Source: an uncultured Bacilli bacterium (GTDB taxonomy: Bacteria; Bacillota_I; Bacilli_A; RF39; UBA660). From it: 64,000 nucleotides of DNA. The notes beneath the pieces were generated by a model that ran no database searches, had not been told where the DNA came from, and worked only from the letters and a program-made list of their open reading frames with translations. The stretch is taken from the NCBI GenBank assembly GCA_934101425.1, contig CAKOQQ010000002.1:8141-72140 (forward strand), written 5' to 3'. The translations under genes were made by a program, and so were the position numbers. Position 1 is the first letter of the stretch; every line of letters begins with the position of its first letter. Below, one piece after another: positions 28,534 through 38,155 of this stretch.

Positions 28534-28556
28534 AAAAAAACATCCTTTCTAGGATG
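28534..28556 (-). terminator. Intrinsic terminator for the minus-strand gene 28569..28946.
   Basis: The hairpin catcc-uagaaa-ggaug is followed by a U7 run on the minus strand. Confidence 0.5.
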
Positions 28557-28568
28557 CTTTCAATAATA

Positions 28569-28946
28569 TTATTTTTTATTAACTTTATTTGCTATCAAAA
28601 TTATAGAAGTAACAAGTATACTTAAAATCGTGGGTATATTACTAACGGATCTTCCGCCACTACCAGTAGGATTATTCATAACAGTAATAAATTCTGTAAT
28701 ATTAAATAAATAACCAATAGTATTAATAACTAAAAAAGATAAACCAAATATTAAGATTAATTTTGCAATTTTTTCACTCATTTTACACCCAATTTTATTA
28801 TTACTTTTTAGCTGGATTATTTGTTTTTTTCCAATAAAGCGACTTTCTATTTTCTTATTTATAAATGCAAGATTATTATTACCTTTTTTAGGTATAATTG
28901 TTTGTAACTCTAATCCTTCCATATGTGATAAAATTTCACTAAACAT
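28569..28946 (-). CDS. Hypothetical small membrane protein, possibly 5'-truncated.
   Basis: The C-terminal half has two TM helices. The frame stays open for another 29 protein-like codons upstream of the ATG, without any start codon. Confidence 0.4.
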   Translation of the reverse strand: MFSEILSHMEGLELQTIIPKKGNNNLAFINKKIESRFIGKKQIIQLKSNNKIGCKMSEKIAKLILIFGLSFLVINTIGYLFNITEFITVMNNPTGSGGRSVSNIPTILSILVTSIILIANKVNKK

Positions 28947-29107
28947 TTCTTGTAATATAAGAATATCATCAGCACAATAAATACCATCAACAGTCCCATA
29001 TACATCACAAAAGAATAATATGAGACTTTCCTTTTATGATTCATTTATTATCATCCATACATAATTTTATATTTTGGAAATATCACTAATATTATGTTAT
29101 AATTATT

Positions 29108-29383
29108 ATGATAGAAAGAAGTGAATTTATGAATAGTAATTATATTAATGAATTAGTAGAAAAAATAAAAATGTTACCAGAAGATAAAATTACAACTATT
29201 GCAGAATTAACTAGTTATAATCCAGAGAAAAATTTTGTTAATCCTTTAAAACAAGGTGAAATATTTAATGAATTAAAAAATGAATGTAAAAATAAAGAAA
29301 TTAACATAGAAATAATACGCGATGAAATTGGTGGCCTTGCCTTCTATTATAAATTTAAAAAAATAAATGATACTATAAAATAA
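29108..29383 (+). CDS. Hypothetical protein of 91 aa.
   Basis: The only support is an ORF with an ATG start. Confidence 0.4.
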   Translation: MIERSEFMNSNYINELVEKIKMLPEDKITTIAELTSYNPEKNFVNPLKQGEIFNELKNECKNKEINIEIIRDEIGGLAFYYKFKKINDTIK

Positions 29384-29411
29384 AAGAAACTAAGCAATAC
29401 TTAGTTTCTTT
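29383..29411. terminator. Bidirectional terminator between convergent genes.
   Basis: A 12-bp perfect stem, aaagaaactaag-caata-cttagtttcttt, is flanked by A and T runs. Confidence 0.65.
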
Positions 29412-29938
29412 TATAACATTTCTACTAACTTTTTAATAGTATTAAATGTCCTTATTGTTATTTTATCTTTTATATCTGTACTAGCAGTTTTAATCCACCA
29501 ATTTGATTTTCTATAGTTTTTTAAATCAAATGCCCAAAGTATAACATTTTTATAATTCTCTATTTTATCTATGTTATAACTTGGATCTCCTATAGTTTTA
29601 TACACCTCATTAAATGTAGTATTTATCATAAATATTATGTTGTAATAATATTCATGGTTATTGCACCAATCTTTAGCATAATTATATACATCAATTAATT
29701 CTAGTGATGTAATAACATAAACAGGTATATCAAGATTAAATTTATCATTTATCATATTATGAATATTACTTTTTATATTATCTATAGTATCATTTGACTC
29801 TAGTATAATATTTCCACTATTTAAATAAGTTTTTACATTATTATAATTTAATAATTCTAATTCTTCTTTTAAATTAAACATAGATATTTTATTTTTACCA
29901 CTAATATTTATGCCTCTTAATAAAACTACATATTTCAT
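29411..29938 (-). CDS. DUF1697 family protein.
   Basis: The N-terminus is MKYVVLLRGINISGKNKISMFNLKEELE...YLNSGNII. Confidence 0.75.
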   Translation of the reverse strand: MKYVVLLRGINISGKNKISMFNLKEELELLNYNNVKTYLNSGNIILESNDTIDNIKSNIHNMINDKFNLDIPVYVITSLELIDVYNYAKDWCNNHEYYYNIIFMINTTFNEVYKTIGDPSYNIDKIENYKNVILWAFDLKNYRKSNWWIKTASTDIKDKITIRTFNTIKKLVEML

Positions 29939-29948
29939 AAATCACCTA

Positions 29949-30590
29949 TTAACTAATTCTATAATGTCCTATTATATCATTTCTATATTCAAGTATATCT
30001 TCTTCATAATATTTTTGATAAGGATTGGCGTGATGAATAACAAATGATACGCCATTTTTATTTCTTTTATCAGAAACTATTCCAATATGATTTTTAAAAA
30101 CAACAATATCTCCACCTTGCCAATTAGATATATCGTATATATCAGTAGTAAGTGAGATTGCATGAAAAGAAAAATATATATTTAAATTTTTTACTCTTCT
30201 AAAATCAATATTTTTATCTACAACATCTATATTATATTTTTCTTTATTATCTTTTATATCATTATAAACAAGTTCCATTAAATCATATCCAGATTCTCTT
30301 AAAGCATAAGCTACTACGTCAGTACATACTCCGTATTCATCATCTGGGTATCCAGTACTATAATATTTACTCTTATATTTTGGTTTAGTTTGAATATAGG
30401 CCTTAGCATTATTTAATATATCAGTTTGATCATCTACATTATCATTATCTTTATCAATTTTACTTATATAAGTATCTATACCAAAATCACTATTAGTATA
30501 TTTTCTATGTGGAATATAATTAAATATATATAATAAACATAAGAATAATATAGTAATTGTAATTAAAATTATAATAATTATTTTTTTCAT
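29949..30590 (-). CDS. DUF1287 family protein (YijF-like).
   Basis: It contains GVCTDVVAYALRESGYDL...IDFRRVKNL...GDIVVF.NHIGIVSDKR..GV.FVIHH. Confidence 0.75.
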   Translation of the reverse strand: MKKIIIIILITITILFLCLLYIFNYIPHRKYTNSDFGIDTYISKIDKDNDNVDDQTDILNNAKAYIQTKPKYKSKYYSTGYPDDEYGVCTDVVAYALRESGYDLMELVYNDIKDNKEKYNIDVVDKNIDFRRVKNLNIYFSFHAISLTTDIYDISNWQGGDIVVFKNHIGIVSDKRNKNGVSFVIHHANPYQKYYEEDILEYRNDIIGHYRIS

Positions 30591-30594
30591 AATA

Positions 30595-32451
30595 TTATTT
30601 TTGTATTTCCTCCCATAATGTCATCTTTTCTTCTACAGTACTTTCTAAATCATCAATTTCTTTTTGTATACTATTAGATTTAAACATATCTAAATATACT
30701 TCTTCTTTTAATAATTCTTTTTTTAAAGTACTAATTTTAGTTTCTAAATCATTTATTTCTTTTTCTATTTGTTTAAGTTTATTATTACTTACCTTTTTTT
30801 CTTTAGGCATTTCTTTCTCTTTTTTTGTTTCTTTAATTAGTGTATCAACTACACCAACACTTCTTTTCTTTAAATATTCATCATATCCAGAATTATATAA
30901 AGTAACATCCATAGGGGAAAATACTAATAATTTATTACAAACATTCTTTATTAAATATCTATCATGACTTACCATAATAATAGTTCCTTTGTAATTTTTT
31001 AACATTTCTTCTATTCTATTTTTACTTATAATATCTAAGTGATTAGTTGGTTCATCTAGTATAAGTACATTAGGTCTAGTATTAAGAATTTTACATAAAC
31101 TAACTCTTACTTTTTCTCCACCTGATAATGTAGATATTTTTTTAAAAACATCATCCTTAGTAAAATCAAAAGCACCAAGTAAGCTTCTTATTTCATTCAT
31201 ACTCATGTTTGGAAAAGTATTTTCTATCTCTTCATATATAGTGTTACTAGGAGATATATTATCTAATTTTTGTGAAAAATAGCCAATTACAACTTTTTCA
31301 CCAAATACAAACTTACCACCTAAAGGATCTATTTCTTTTATAAGTGTTTTGATAAGAGTACTTTTGCCTATTCCATTAGCTCCTATTATACCTAATTTAT
31401 CTCCTCTAGATACATTAAAAGTTACATCAGCTAATACTTTATCATATCCAACTTTTAAATTCTTTACTTTAAGAACATCAGAATAACTAGTTAATGCTGG
31501 ATCAAAATTAATTTTAAAAGTCCTTTCATTATCTTTATTAGGTTTATCTATTATATCCATTCTTTCTATTTGTTTAAGTTTAGACATTGCCATCTTAGCC
31601 TTAGAAGGTTTATATCTAAATCTATCTGCAATAGCTTGTAATCTTTTTATTTCTTTTTGTTGCATTATATAATCTTTTAAATTTCTATCATAATCTTCTT
31701 TTTTCTTTTTTAAATAATAAGTATAATTACCACTATATCTTTTTAATTCACCATATGAAATATCATATATAACATTACATACATTATCTAAAAACATTCT
31801 ATCATGGCTAACAACAATAATACTTTTACTATAATTACGTAAATATTCTTCTAACCACTCTATAGTAGTAATATCTAAGTGATTAGTTGGTTCATCTAAT
31901 ATAAGTAAATCTGGTTTGCTTAATAATAATCTTATTAAAGACAATTTAGTAACTTGACCTAATGAAAATTCTTTCATTTTTTTATTTTTATCACTATCGC
32001 TAAATCCAAATTTCTTTAAAGCAATTTCATATTCTTTTTTATAAGTATTACCGCCCATATACTCATACTTAATAAATAAATCATTATACAAATCTAGGTC
32101 ATGAGCATTGTACTTTGTAGATATTTTTTCACTTAATTTCTCAATTTTAGCTTCTACTTCTAATATATCTTTATATGATTCTAAAATAAAATCAATCATA
32201 AGTTCATCATCACTATAATCTATATTTTGTCTAGAATAGCCTATTTTAAAATCTGTTTTTTCTACTTCTAATAAATCATATCCATCTTCTAATTCTATTT
32301 CATTTGTAATAGCTTTTAAAAGAGTTGTTTTACCAGTACCATTTCTACCTACTATACCAATTTTTTCATTATCAGTAACAGTAAAACAAATATTTTCAAG
32401 TATAGTATTTCCAGATAAAGTTACACTACCATTTTTTATTTTATAATACAT
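30595..32451 (-). CDS. ABC-F family ATPase (two tandem ABC domains, no TM region, C-terminal coiled coil; Uup/EttA/ARE-like).
   Basis: It has two Walker A sites (GRNGTGKTT and GANGIGKST), two LSGG signatures, an inter-domain linker and a C-terminal K/E-rich coiled coil. Confidence 0.85.
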   Translation of the reverse strand: MYYKIKNGSVTLSGNTILENICFTVTDNEKIGIVGRNGTGKTTLLKAITNEIELEDGYDLLEVEKTDFKIGYSRQNIDYSDDELMIDFILESYKDILEVEAKIEKLSEKISTKYNAHDLDLYNDLFIKYEYMGGNTYKKEYEIALKKFGFSDSDKNKKMKEFSLGQVTKLSLIRLLLSKPDLLILDEPTNHLDITTIEWLEEYLRNYSKSIIVVSHDRMFLDNVCNVIYDISYGELKRYSGNYTYYLKKKKEDYDRNLKDYIMQQKEIKRLQAIADRFRYKPSKAKMAMSKLKQIERMDIIDKPNKDNERTFKINFDPALTSYSDVLKVKNLKVGYDKVLADVTFNVSRGDKLGIIGANGIGKSTLIKTLIKEIDPLGGKFVFGEKVVIGYFSQKLDNISPSNTIYEEIENTFPNMSMNEIRSLLGAFDFTKDDVFKKISTLSGGEKVRVSLCKILNTRPNVLILDEPTNHLDIISKNRIEEMLKNYKGTIIMVSHDRYLIKNVCNKLLVFSPMDVTLYNSGYDEYLKKRSVGVVDTLIKETKKEKEMPKEKKVSNNKLKQIEKEINDLETKISTLKKELLKEEVYLDMFKSNSIQKEIDDLESTVEEKMTLWEEIQK

Positions 32452-32452
32452 A

Positions 32453-33679
32453 TTACTTAGTTTCCTTTATATATTCAAATTTACTTATTTTTCTAATATA
32501 TAGTGATGTTACAAATATAGATAAAGTAAGTAATACTAAAGTAATATTAAGAACTAAATCACTTTTAAATATTCCACAAATAAGTAAAGTTAAATAACTA
32601 ACAATTCTTCCCATATCAAGAACAAATTCTCTTATAACTAAAAACTCTGTTCTATCTTCATTATTAACATTATTACTATTTGTTACATTAAATAATCTTA
32701 TGTCTCTAGATAACAATATAATACTTGTAAATACTGAATATATTAAATTATATAAAATTATAGTTACATTAGACTTCATAAGTATTAAAAGTAAAAGTGT
32801 AATAATAGGCATAATACCACACACTAATAATAATTTTTTATCATCTTTTCCTGTATACTTTTTACCATATAATTTAGATGTTAATATAACAAATATAGTT
32901 GTAATAGAATTAACTACCCCAAGTGATATATCTGTTTTAAAAGATGAAAAAATTATTATTGTCATAAGTGTAGATAACGCTCCACTAATATTCATGCCTA
33001 TAAAAAATTCTACTAAAAGAACATTCTTTATTTGTTTTTTATTCTTTATTCTATTCCACGCATGTAAAAGATTATACTCTTTAAAATCATAATTCATATT
33101 ATCTTTTATTAAAAAAGATAATATTATTTGTAATAATGATATAAATAACATAATAATAGTAGTTAAATGAAAGTTAGTAGCACTTATAATAGAACCAAGT
33201 ACTATAGGAGTTATTACACCTACAGCATTAATTAATATATGTGCTTTTACAGTATGGCTAGTTCTATCTTTATTATTAATTTTATTAGATAAAAATAAAT
33301 TATATGGAAAATAATAAGTAGCTAGTGAAATACCATATAAAATAGATACAAACACCAAATGATCTACTATTTTTTCCTTTAAAATAAGAATACTCATAAT
33401 ATATAGGAAATTAAGAAGTACCCCTACTCTAAACATTCCAATTTTAAACTTATTATTAGTTATACCAGCAATTGCAACAGTTAAAGTTGCTAATAAAAAA
33501 TAAGAAAAAATATAATAGTAAGATATGTCTATCATACTATCAATTGATACCTTTATAAAATAAGCTGTTAAAAATGGTCCTAAGAATATTTTCATAATAT
33601 TTTTAAGAACATCAAGCCATATAATTATTTCTTCTTCTAAATGTTTACTCATAATTTCACCACAATAATTATACAACAA
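32453..33679 (-). CDS. Polytopic membrane protein, MFS-like permease.
   Basis: There are about 11-12 predicted TM helices. The gene is separated from the ABC-F gene by 1 nt. Confidence 0.55.
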   Translation of the reverse strand: MLYNYCGEIMSKHLEEEIIIWLDVLKNIMKIFLGPFLTAYFIKVSIDSMIDISYYYIFSYFLLATLTVAIAGITNNKFKIGMFRVGVLLNFLYIMSILILKEKIVDHLVFVSILYGISLATYYFPYNLFLSNKINNKDRTSHTVKAHILINAVGVITPIVLGSIISATNFHLTTIIMLFISLLQIILSFLIKDNMNYDFKEYNLLHAWNRIKNKKQIKNVLLVEFFIGMNISGALSTLMTIIIFSSFKTDISLGVVNSITTIFVILTSKLYGKKYTGKDDKKLLLVCGIMPIITLLLLILMKSNVTIILYNLIYSVFTSIILLSRDIRLFNVTNSNNVNNEDRTEFLVIREFVLDMGRIVSYLTLLICGIFKSDLVLNITLVLLTLSIFVTSLYIRKISKFEYIKETK

Positions 33680-33701
33680 AAAAAATAAGAAAACTAGTTT
33701 C

Positions 33702-34055
33702 TTATTTACATTTAAATGAGCTTTTTTCTAATTTTTCAATTATGTCATCTTTTTTATCTGAATCATAATAAGCTTTTACATTTTTTGAAGAAACAGATAC
33801 TTTTTTACCACTACATTTTACAGTTAAATCATCCATTTTAGCAGTATTTTTTCCAAGTTCCATTAAACTACAAAAAGTTTTAGCATCATCTTCTGAATCA
33901 AATGTGTATTCTTCTTTTAGTGAAGTTAAAGTATCACCTTTCATAGTAAAAGTTGCTTTAGACTTCATCCCATCTGATTCTGCAGTACAAGTTAATTTAT
34001 TTCCGCAACCACATAATAATACACATAATCCCAAACTTAATAATACTTTTTTCAT
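33702..34055 (-). CDS. Small Cys-containing lipoprotein (paralog A).
   Basis: The signal peptide with lipobox is MKKVLLSLGLCVLLCGCG, preceded by an AGGTGG RBS. The mature part has four Cys and ends ...FKCK. Confidence 0.65.
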   Translation of the reverse strand: MKKVLLSLGLCVLLCGCGNKLTCTAESDGMKSKATFTMKGDTLTSLKEEYTFDSEDDAKTFCSLMELGKNTAKMDDLTVKCSGKKVSVSSKNVKAYYDSDKKDDIIEKLEKSSFKCK

Positions 34056-34118
34056 TTTTACACCACCTTCTATTATCATTTTAACATACTTTCAAAAAAA
34101 ATAAAACTCTAAAGAGTT

Positions 34119-34469
34119 TTATTTACATTTAAATCCTTGGTCTTCAAGTTCTTCTTTAACTTTTTCTTTTGTATAATCTTCATCTGGTAACATATCTTCA
34201 TCAGTAGTTACAATAGTTAAAGATTTACCACTACATTTTACTGTAGTTTTGTCATCACTTTTGTATTCTTTATATAATTCGCAAGCATCTTCTGCATCTT
34301 TTTTATCTTTAAAAGTGATTTTTTGTGTTCCTTTAACAGCTTTATCTTTCTTGAATGAAATTACATATTTAGCTGTACCCTTATCTTCATCTTCTAAAGT
34401 ACAAGTTAATTTATTACCACAACCACATAATAATACACATAATCCTAAACTTAACAATAACTTTTTCAT
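34119..34469 (-). CDS. Small Cys-containing lipoprotein (paralog B).
   Basis: The first 24 aa and the underlying nucleotides are identical to paralog A. It has the same C-terminal FKCK ending. Confidence 0.65.
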   Translation of the reverse strand: MKKLLLSLGLCVLLCGCGNKLTCTLEDEDKGTAKYVISFKKDKAVKGTQKITFKDKKDAEDACELYKEYKSDDKTTVKCSGKSLTIVTTDEDMLPDEDYTKEKVKEELEDQGFKCK

Positions 34470-34520
34470 AACTCACCACCCATCCACACTGCTACTATAA
34501 TTGTATCATAGTTAATTATA

Positions 34521-34545
34521 TTATGCAATAAAGAAAAAAATTCTC
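34521..34545 (-). terminator. Intrinsic terminator of the abcCD operon.
   Basis: The hairpin aattctc-uauuu-gagaatt is followed by a U7 run on the minus strand. Confidence 0.55.
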
Positions 34546-34556
34546 AAATAGAGAAT

Positions 34557-36428
34557 TTATTCTAATTCAAACATACCAGTATATAGTTCATAATATCTAC
34601 CTTTTTGTTCTAATAGATCTGGATGATCTCCTCTTTCAATTATTTTACCATTTTCTAGCACCATAATTGCATTAGCATTTTTAACAGTAGATAATCTATG
34701 TGCTATAACAAATGTTGTTTTATTTTTCATAAGTTTATTCATACCATTTTCAATTAAAAGTTCTGTTCTAGTATCTATTGATGATGTTGCTTCATCAAGC
34801 ACTAATACAATAGGATTAGCAACTGCTGCTCTAGCAATTGAAAGTAATTGTCTTTGTCCTTGAGATAAGTTAGCTCCATCACTATTTAATACAGTATTAT
34901 AACCATCTGGTAAATTATCTATAAATGAATCAGCATTAGCTTTTTTAGCAGCTTCAATTACTTCTTCATCTGTAGCATTTAATCTACCATATCTGATATT
35001 ATCATAAATAGTACCAGTAAATAAATGAGTATCTTGAAGTACCATAGATAATGATTTTCTTAAATCTTTCTTATTTATTTCTCTAATATCTATTCCATCA
35101 TATAATATAGAACCTTCTTTTATATCATAAAATCTATTTAATAAATTAGTAATAGTTGTTTTACCTGCACCAGTTGAACCTACAAATGCAATTTTTTGTC
35201 CTGGTTTTGCATATAAACTAATATCTTTTAAGACTATCTTATCAGAGTTATAACCAAATATTACATTATTAAATTCAATTTTACCTTCTACTAAAACTAA
35301 TTTATTATCTACTTTCCAAGCATAAGTTCCAGTATTCTTTTTTACTTCTACTAATTTTCTATTTTCTTTTTTTACATTAACAAGTCTTACTTTTCCATTG
35401 TCAACTTCACTTTTTTGATCCATTATTTCAAATATTCTTTCAGCTCCTGCTAATGCTGCTAGCATTGTATTTAATTGTTGTGATATTTGAGCTATTGGGT
35501 TAGCGAAATTTCTTGTAAATTGTAAGAATGTTACTAAACTACCTAATGTCATTAAATTATTTATTGCAAATAATCCACCTACAATAGCGATTATAGCATA
35601 GAAGATATGAGATATGTTATTAGATATAGGCATAAGTACATTTGCATACATATGAGCTCTATATGTAGAATTAAATAGTTTTTCATTTAATTCATTAAAT
35701 TTATCTATAGTTTCATCTTCGTGACAGAACACTTTTACAACTTTTTGTCCACTCATAATTTCTTCTATATATCCATTCATTATACCAACATTTTCTTGTT
35801 GTTTTTTAAAGTTCTTACCACTTATAGAAGCGATATACTTAACTATTTTTGTAAGAACTAATATCATAACTATAACTATAAGTGTCAAAGGAACACTATA
35901 TACTATCATCATTATAAATACAGATATAATAGTTAAAAGTGATGAAAATACTGTAGTAATACTATTAGATAACATTTCTCTTAGAGTATCTATATCATTT
36001 GTATATCTACTCATAAGTTCACCATGAGTATGACTATCATAGAAAGATATAGGGAGTGTTTCCATCTTATTAAACATATCAACTCTTAATTTATATAAAG
36101 TTTCAGTTGATACTTTTAGCATTATTCTATTTGATAGGTATGACGCTAAAGCACTTACTATATATAAAGTTAAAAGTAAAAATAATGTTTTTACAAACTT
36201 ACTTAATAATAAAGAATCATATCCATTTGAAAGTGGTATTAGATATTTATCAATTATTGCTTTTAAAAGTGTTGCTCCATATACAGAAACACCAGTAGTA
36301 AATAAAATTAATGCAATTACTACAATAAGTAATTTTTTATAAATAAGTAGATAAGATAATAATCTTTTTAAAGTATTTTTAATATTTTTCGGTTTTCCTA
36401 CTTTCATACTTCTCCCTGGAGCAGCCAT
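34557..36428 (-). CDS. ABC exporter half-transporter (TMD-NBD), subunit 2 of a probable heterodimer.
   Basis: It has six TM helices plus Walker A GSTGAGKTT, the signature LSQGQRQLLSIAR and Walker B. Confidence 0.88.
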   Translation of the reverse strand: MAAPGRSMKVGKPKNIKNTLKRLLSYLLIYKKLLIVVIALILFTTGVSVYGATLLKAIIDKYLIPLSNGYDSLLLSKFVKTLFLLLTLYIVSALASYLSNRIMLKVSTETLYKLRVDMFNKMETLPISFYDSHTHGELMSRYTNDIDTLREMLSNSITTVFSSLLTIISVFIMMIVYSVPLTLIVIVMILVLTKIVKYIASISGKNFKKQQENVGIMNGYIEEIMSGQKVVKVFCHEDETIDKFNELNEKLFNSTYRAHMYANVLMPISNNISHIFYAIIAIVGGLFAINNLMTLGSLVTFLQFTRNFANPIAQISQQLNTMLAALAGAERIFEIMDQKSEVDNGKVRLVNVKKENRKLVEVKKNTGTYAWKVDNKLVLVEGKIEFNNVIFGYNSDKIVLKDISLYAKPGQKIAFVGSTGAGKTTITNLLNRFYDIKEGSILYDGIDIREINKKDLRKSLSMVLQDTHLFTGTIYDNIRYGRLNATDEEVIEAAKKANADSFIDNLPDGYNTVLNSDGANLSQGQRQLLSIARAAVANPIVLVLDEATSSIDTRTELLIENGMNKLMKNKTTFVIAHRLSTVKNANAIMVLENGKIIERGDHPDLLEQKGRYYELYTGMFELE

Positions 36429-38147
36429 CTAATCATCACCTTTCTTTTGAGAATCATATATTTCTTTATATATCTTATTATTCTTAAGTAAATTATCATT
36501 AGTATCAAACCCTGATATTCTACCTTTATCCATTACAATTACTTTATCACAATCACTAATTGAAGATATTCTTTGAGCAATTATAATAGTAGTTACATGA
36601 GATAAATTACGCTTAAAAGCTTCTTTTATTCTTTTATCTGTAGCCATGTCAACTGCACTAGTAGAATCATCTAAAATAATTATTTTAGGTTTCTTTAAAA
36701 GAGCTCTTGCAATACAAAGTCTTTGCTTTTGCCCACCAGATAAATTAACTCCACCTTGACTTAAATCAGTATCATAACCATCTTTAAGTGTTTTTATAAA
36801 ATCATCTATACATGCGTTTTTACAAGCTTGAGTAATTTCTTTTTCAGTAGCATCTTTATCTCCCCATTTTAAATTTTCTTTTATAGTACCACTAAATAAA
36901 ACATTGTTTTGAAGTACCATAGATACATCTTTTCTTAAGTTATCTAAACTATACTCTTTAACATTATGTCCACCTACTATTACTTCACCTTCTTTAGTAT
37001 CAAATAGTCTAGGTATAAGACTTACTAAACTGGATTTAGATGAACCAGTAGATCCTATAATACCAATTGTTTCTCCTGAATTAATTTTTAAATTAATATC
37101 TTTTAATATTGGTTTACTATTTTTATATGAGAAAGTAACATTTTTAAATTCAATACTACCATCTTCTAATTTTAAATTACTTTTATTATCTTTTATATCT
37201 ATTTCTTCATCAAGTACTTCAATAATTCTTTCACGTGATGATTTAGAAATTACCATCATCATAAATACTGCTGATAACATCATAAGTGAAATAAGTACTT
37301 GAGTAACATAACTAAGTAAACTAGATAAAGAACCTATTTCAAATGTTTGATGCATTATCATAATACCACCAAAATACATAATTGCTACACTAGATGCATT
37401 CATTATGATTTGCATAACGGGTCCATTTAATATAATTATTTTTTCTGCTGCTACTTGACTTTTCTTTAATAAATCTGCATTTCTATCAAATTTATCAATT
37501 TCATAATCTTCTCTTACAAATGATTTAACTACTCTTATACCAGCTAAATTTTCTTGTACATCTAAGTTTAAATTATCAAGATTTTTAAGCATAATACCAA
37601 ATTTAGGATGAGCTTTAGAAGCTATAAGGTATAAAGTGAATGCTAAAATTGGCATAGCTACTAAAAATACAAGTGATAATTTCTTATTTATTAAAATAGC
37701 CATAACAGATGCACCTATTAACATAGTAAGTGCTCTAATAAACATTCTAATACTCATCATAAATGACGTTTGTGCATTGTTAACATCATTAGTAAGTCTT
37801 GTTACTAATGATGATGTTTGAAATTTATCTATATTTGCAAATGAAAATTTTTGTATTTTATTAAATAAGGCACTTCTTAAATTCTTAGCATAACCAGATG
37901 ATGCTAAAGCTGCATAGCGAGCTCCTAATACTCCAAATGTAAGTGATAGGATAGCTATTAAAGTCATAGCAAGTCCCATCATAATAGTGTAATTAATTCC
38001 ACCTGTACCACGAATACCAACATCTATCATTTTTGCCATTATAAATGGTATAGCAAGTTCCATAATACATTGTGCCATTACACATAAAGGAGTAAGTATT
38101 ACATATTTTTTATATTTGCCTACATATTTTGTTAATTTTTTATTCAT
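36429..38147 (-). CDS. ABC exporter half-transporter (TMD-NBD), subunit 1 of a probable heterodimer.
   Basis: It has six TM helices plus GSTGSSKSS and LSGGQKQRLCIAR. Its stop overlaps the downstream gene. Confidence 0.88.
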   Translation of the reverse strand: MNKKLTKYVGKYKKYVILTPLCVMAQCIMELAIPFIMAKMIDVGIRGTGGINYTIMMGLAMTLIAILSLTFGVLGARYAALASSGYAKNLRSALFNKIQKFSFANIDKFQTSSLVTRLTNDVNNAQTSFMMSIRMFIRALTMLIGASVMAILINKKLSLVFLVAMPILAFTLYLIASKAHPKFGIMLKNLDNLNLDVQENLAGIRVVKSFVREDYEIDKFDRNADLLKKSQVAAEKIIILNGPVMQIIMNASSVAIMYFGGIMIMHQTFEIGSLSSLLSYVTQVLISLMMLSAVFMMMVISKSSRERIIEVLDEEIDIKDNKSNLKLEDGSIEFKNVTFSYKNSKPILKDINLKINSGETIGIIGSTGSSKSSLVSLIPRLFDTKEGEVIVGGHNVKEYSLDNLRKDVSMVLQNNVLFSGTIKENLKWGDKDATEKEITQACKNACIDDFIKTLKDGYDTDLSQGGVNLSGGQKQRLCIARALLKKPKIIILDDSTSAVDMATDKRIKEAFKRNLSHVTTIIIAQRISSISDCDKVIVMDKGRISGFDTNDNLLKNNKIYKEIYDSQKKGDD

Positions 38148-38155
38148 AGACTCTC

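Noticed and set aside
33904-34500. Two plus-strand ORFs sharing LPQPHNNTHNPKLNN.
   Set aside because: They are the antisense of the duplicated lipoprotein signal-peptide region. This is a repeat artefact, not a gene pair.
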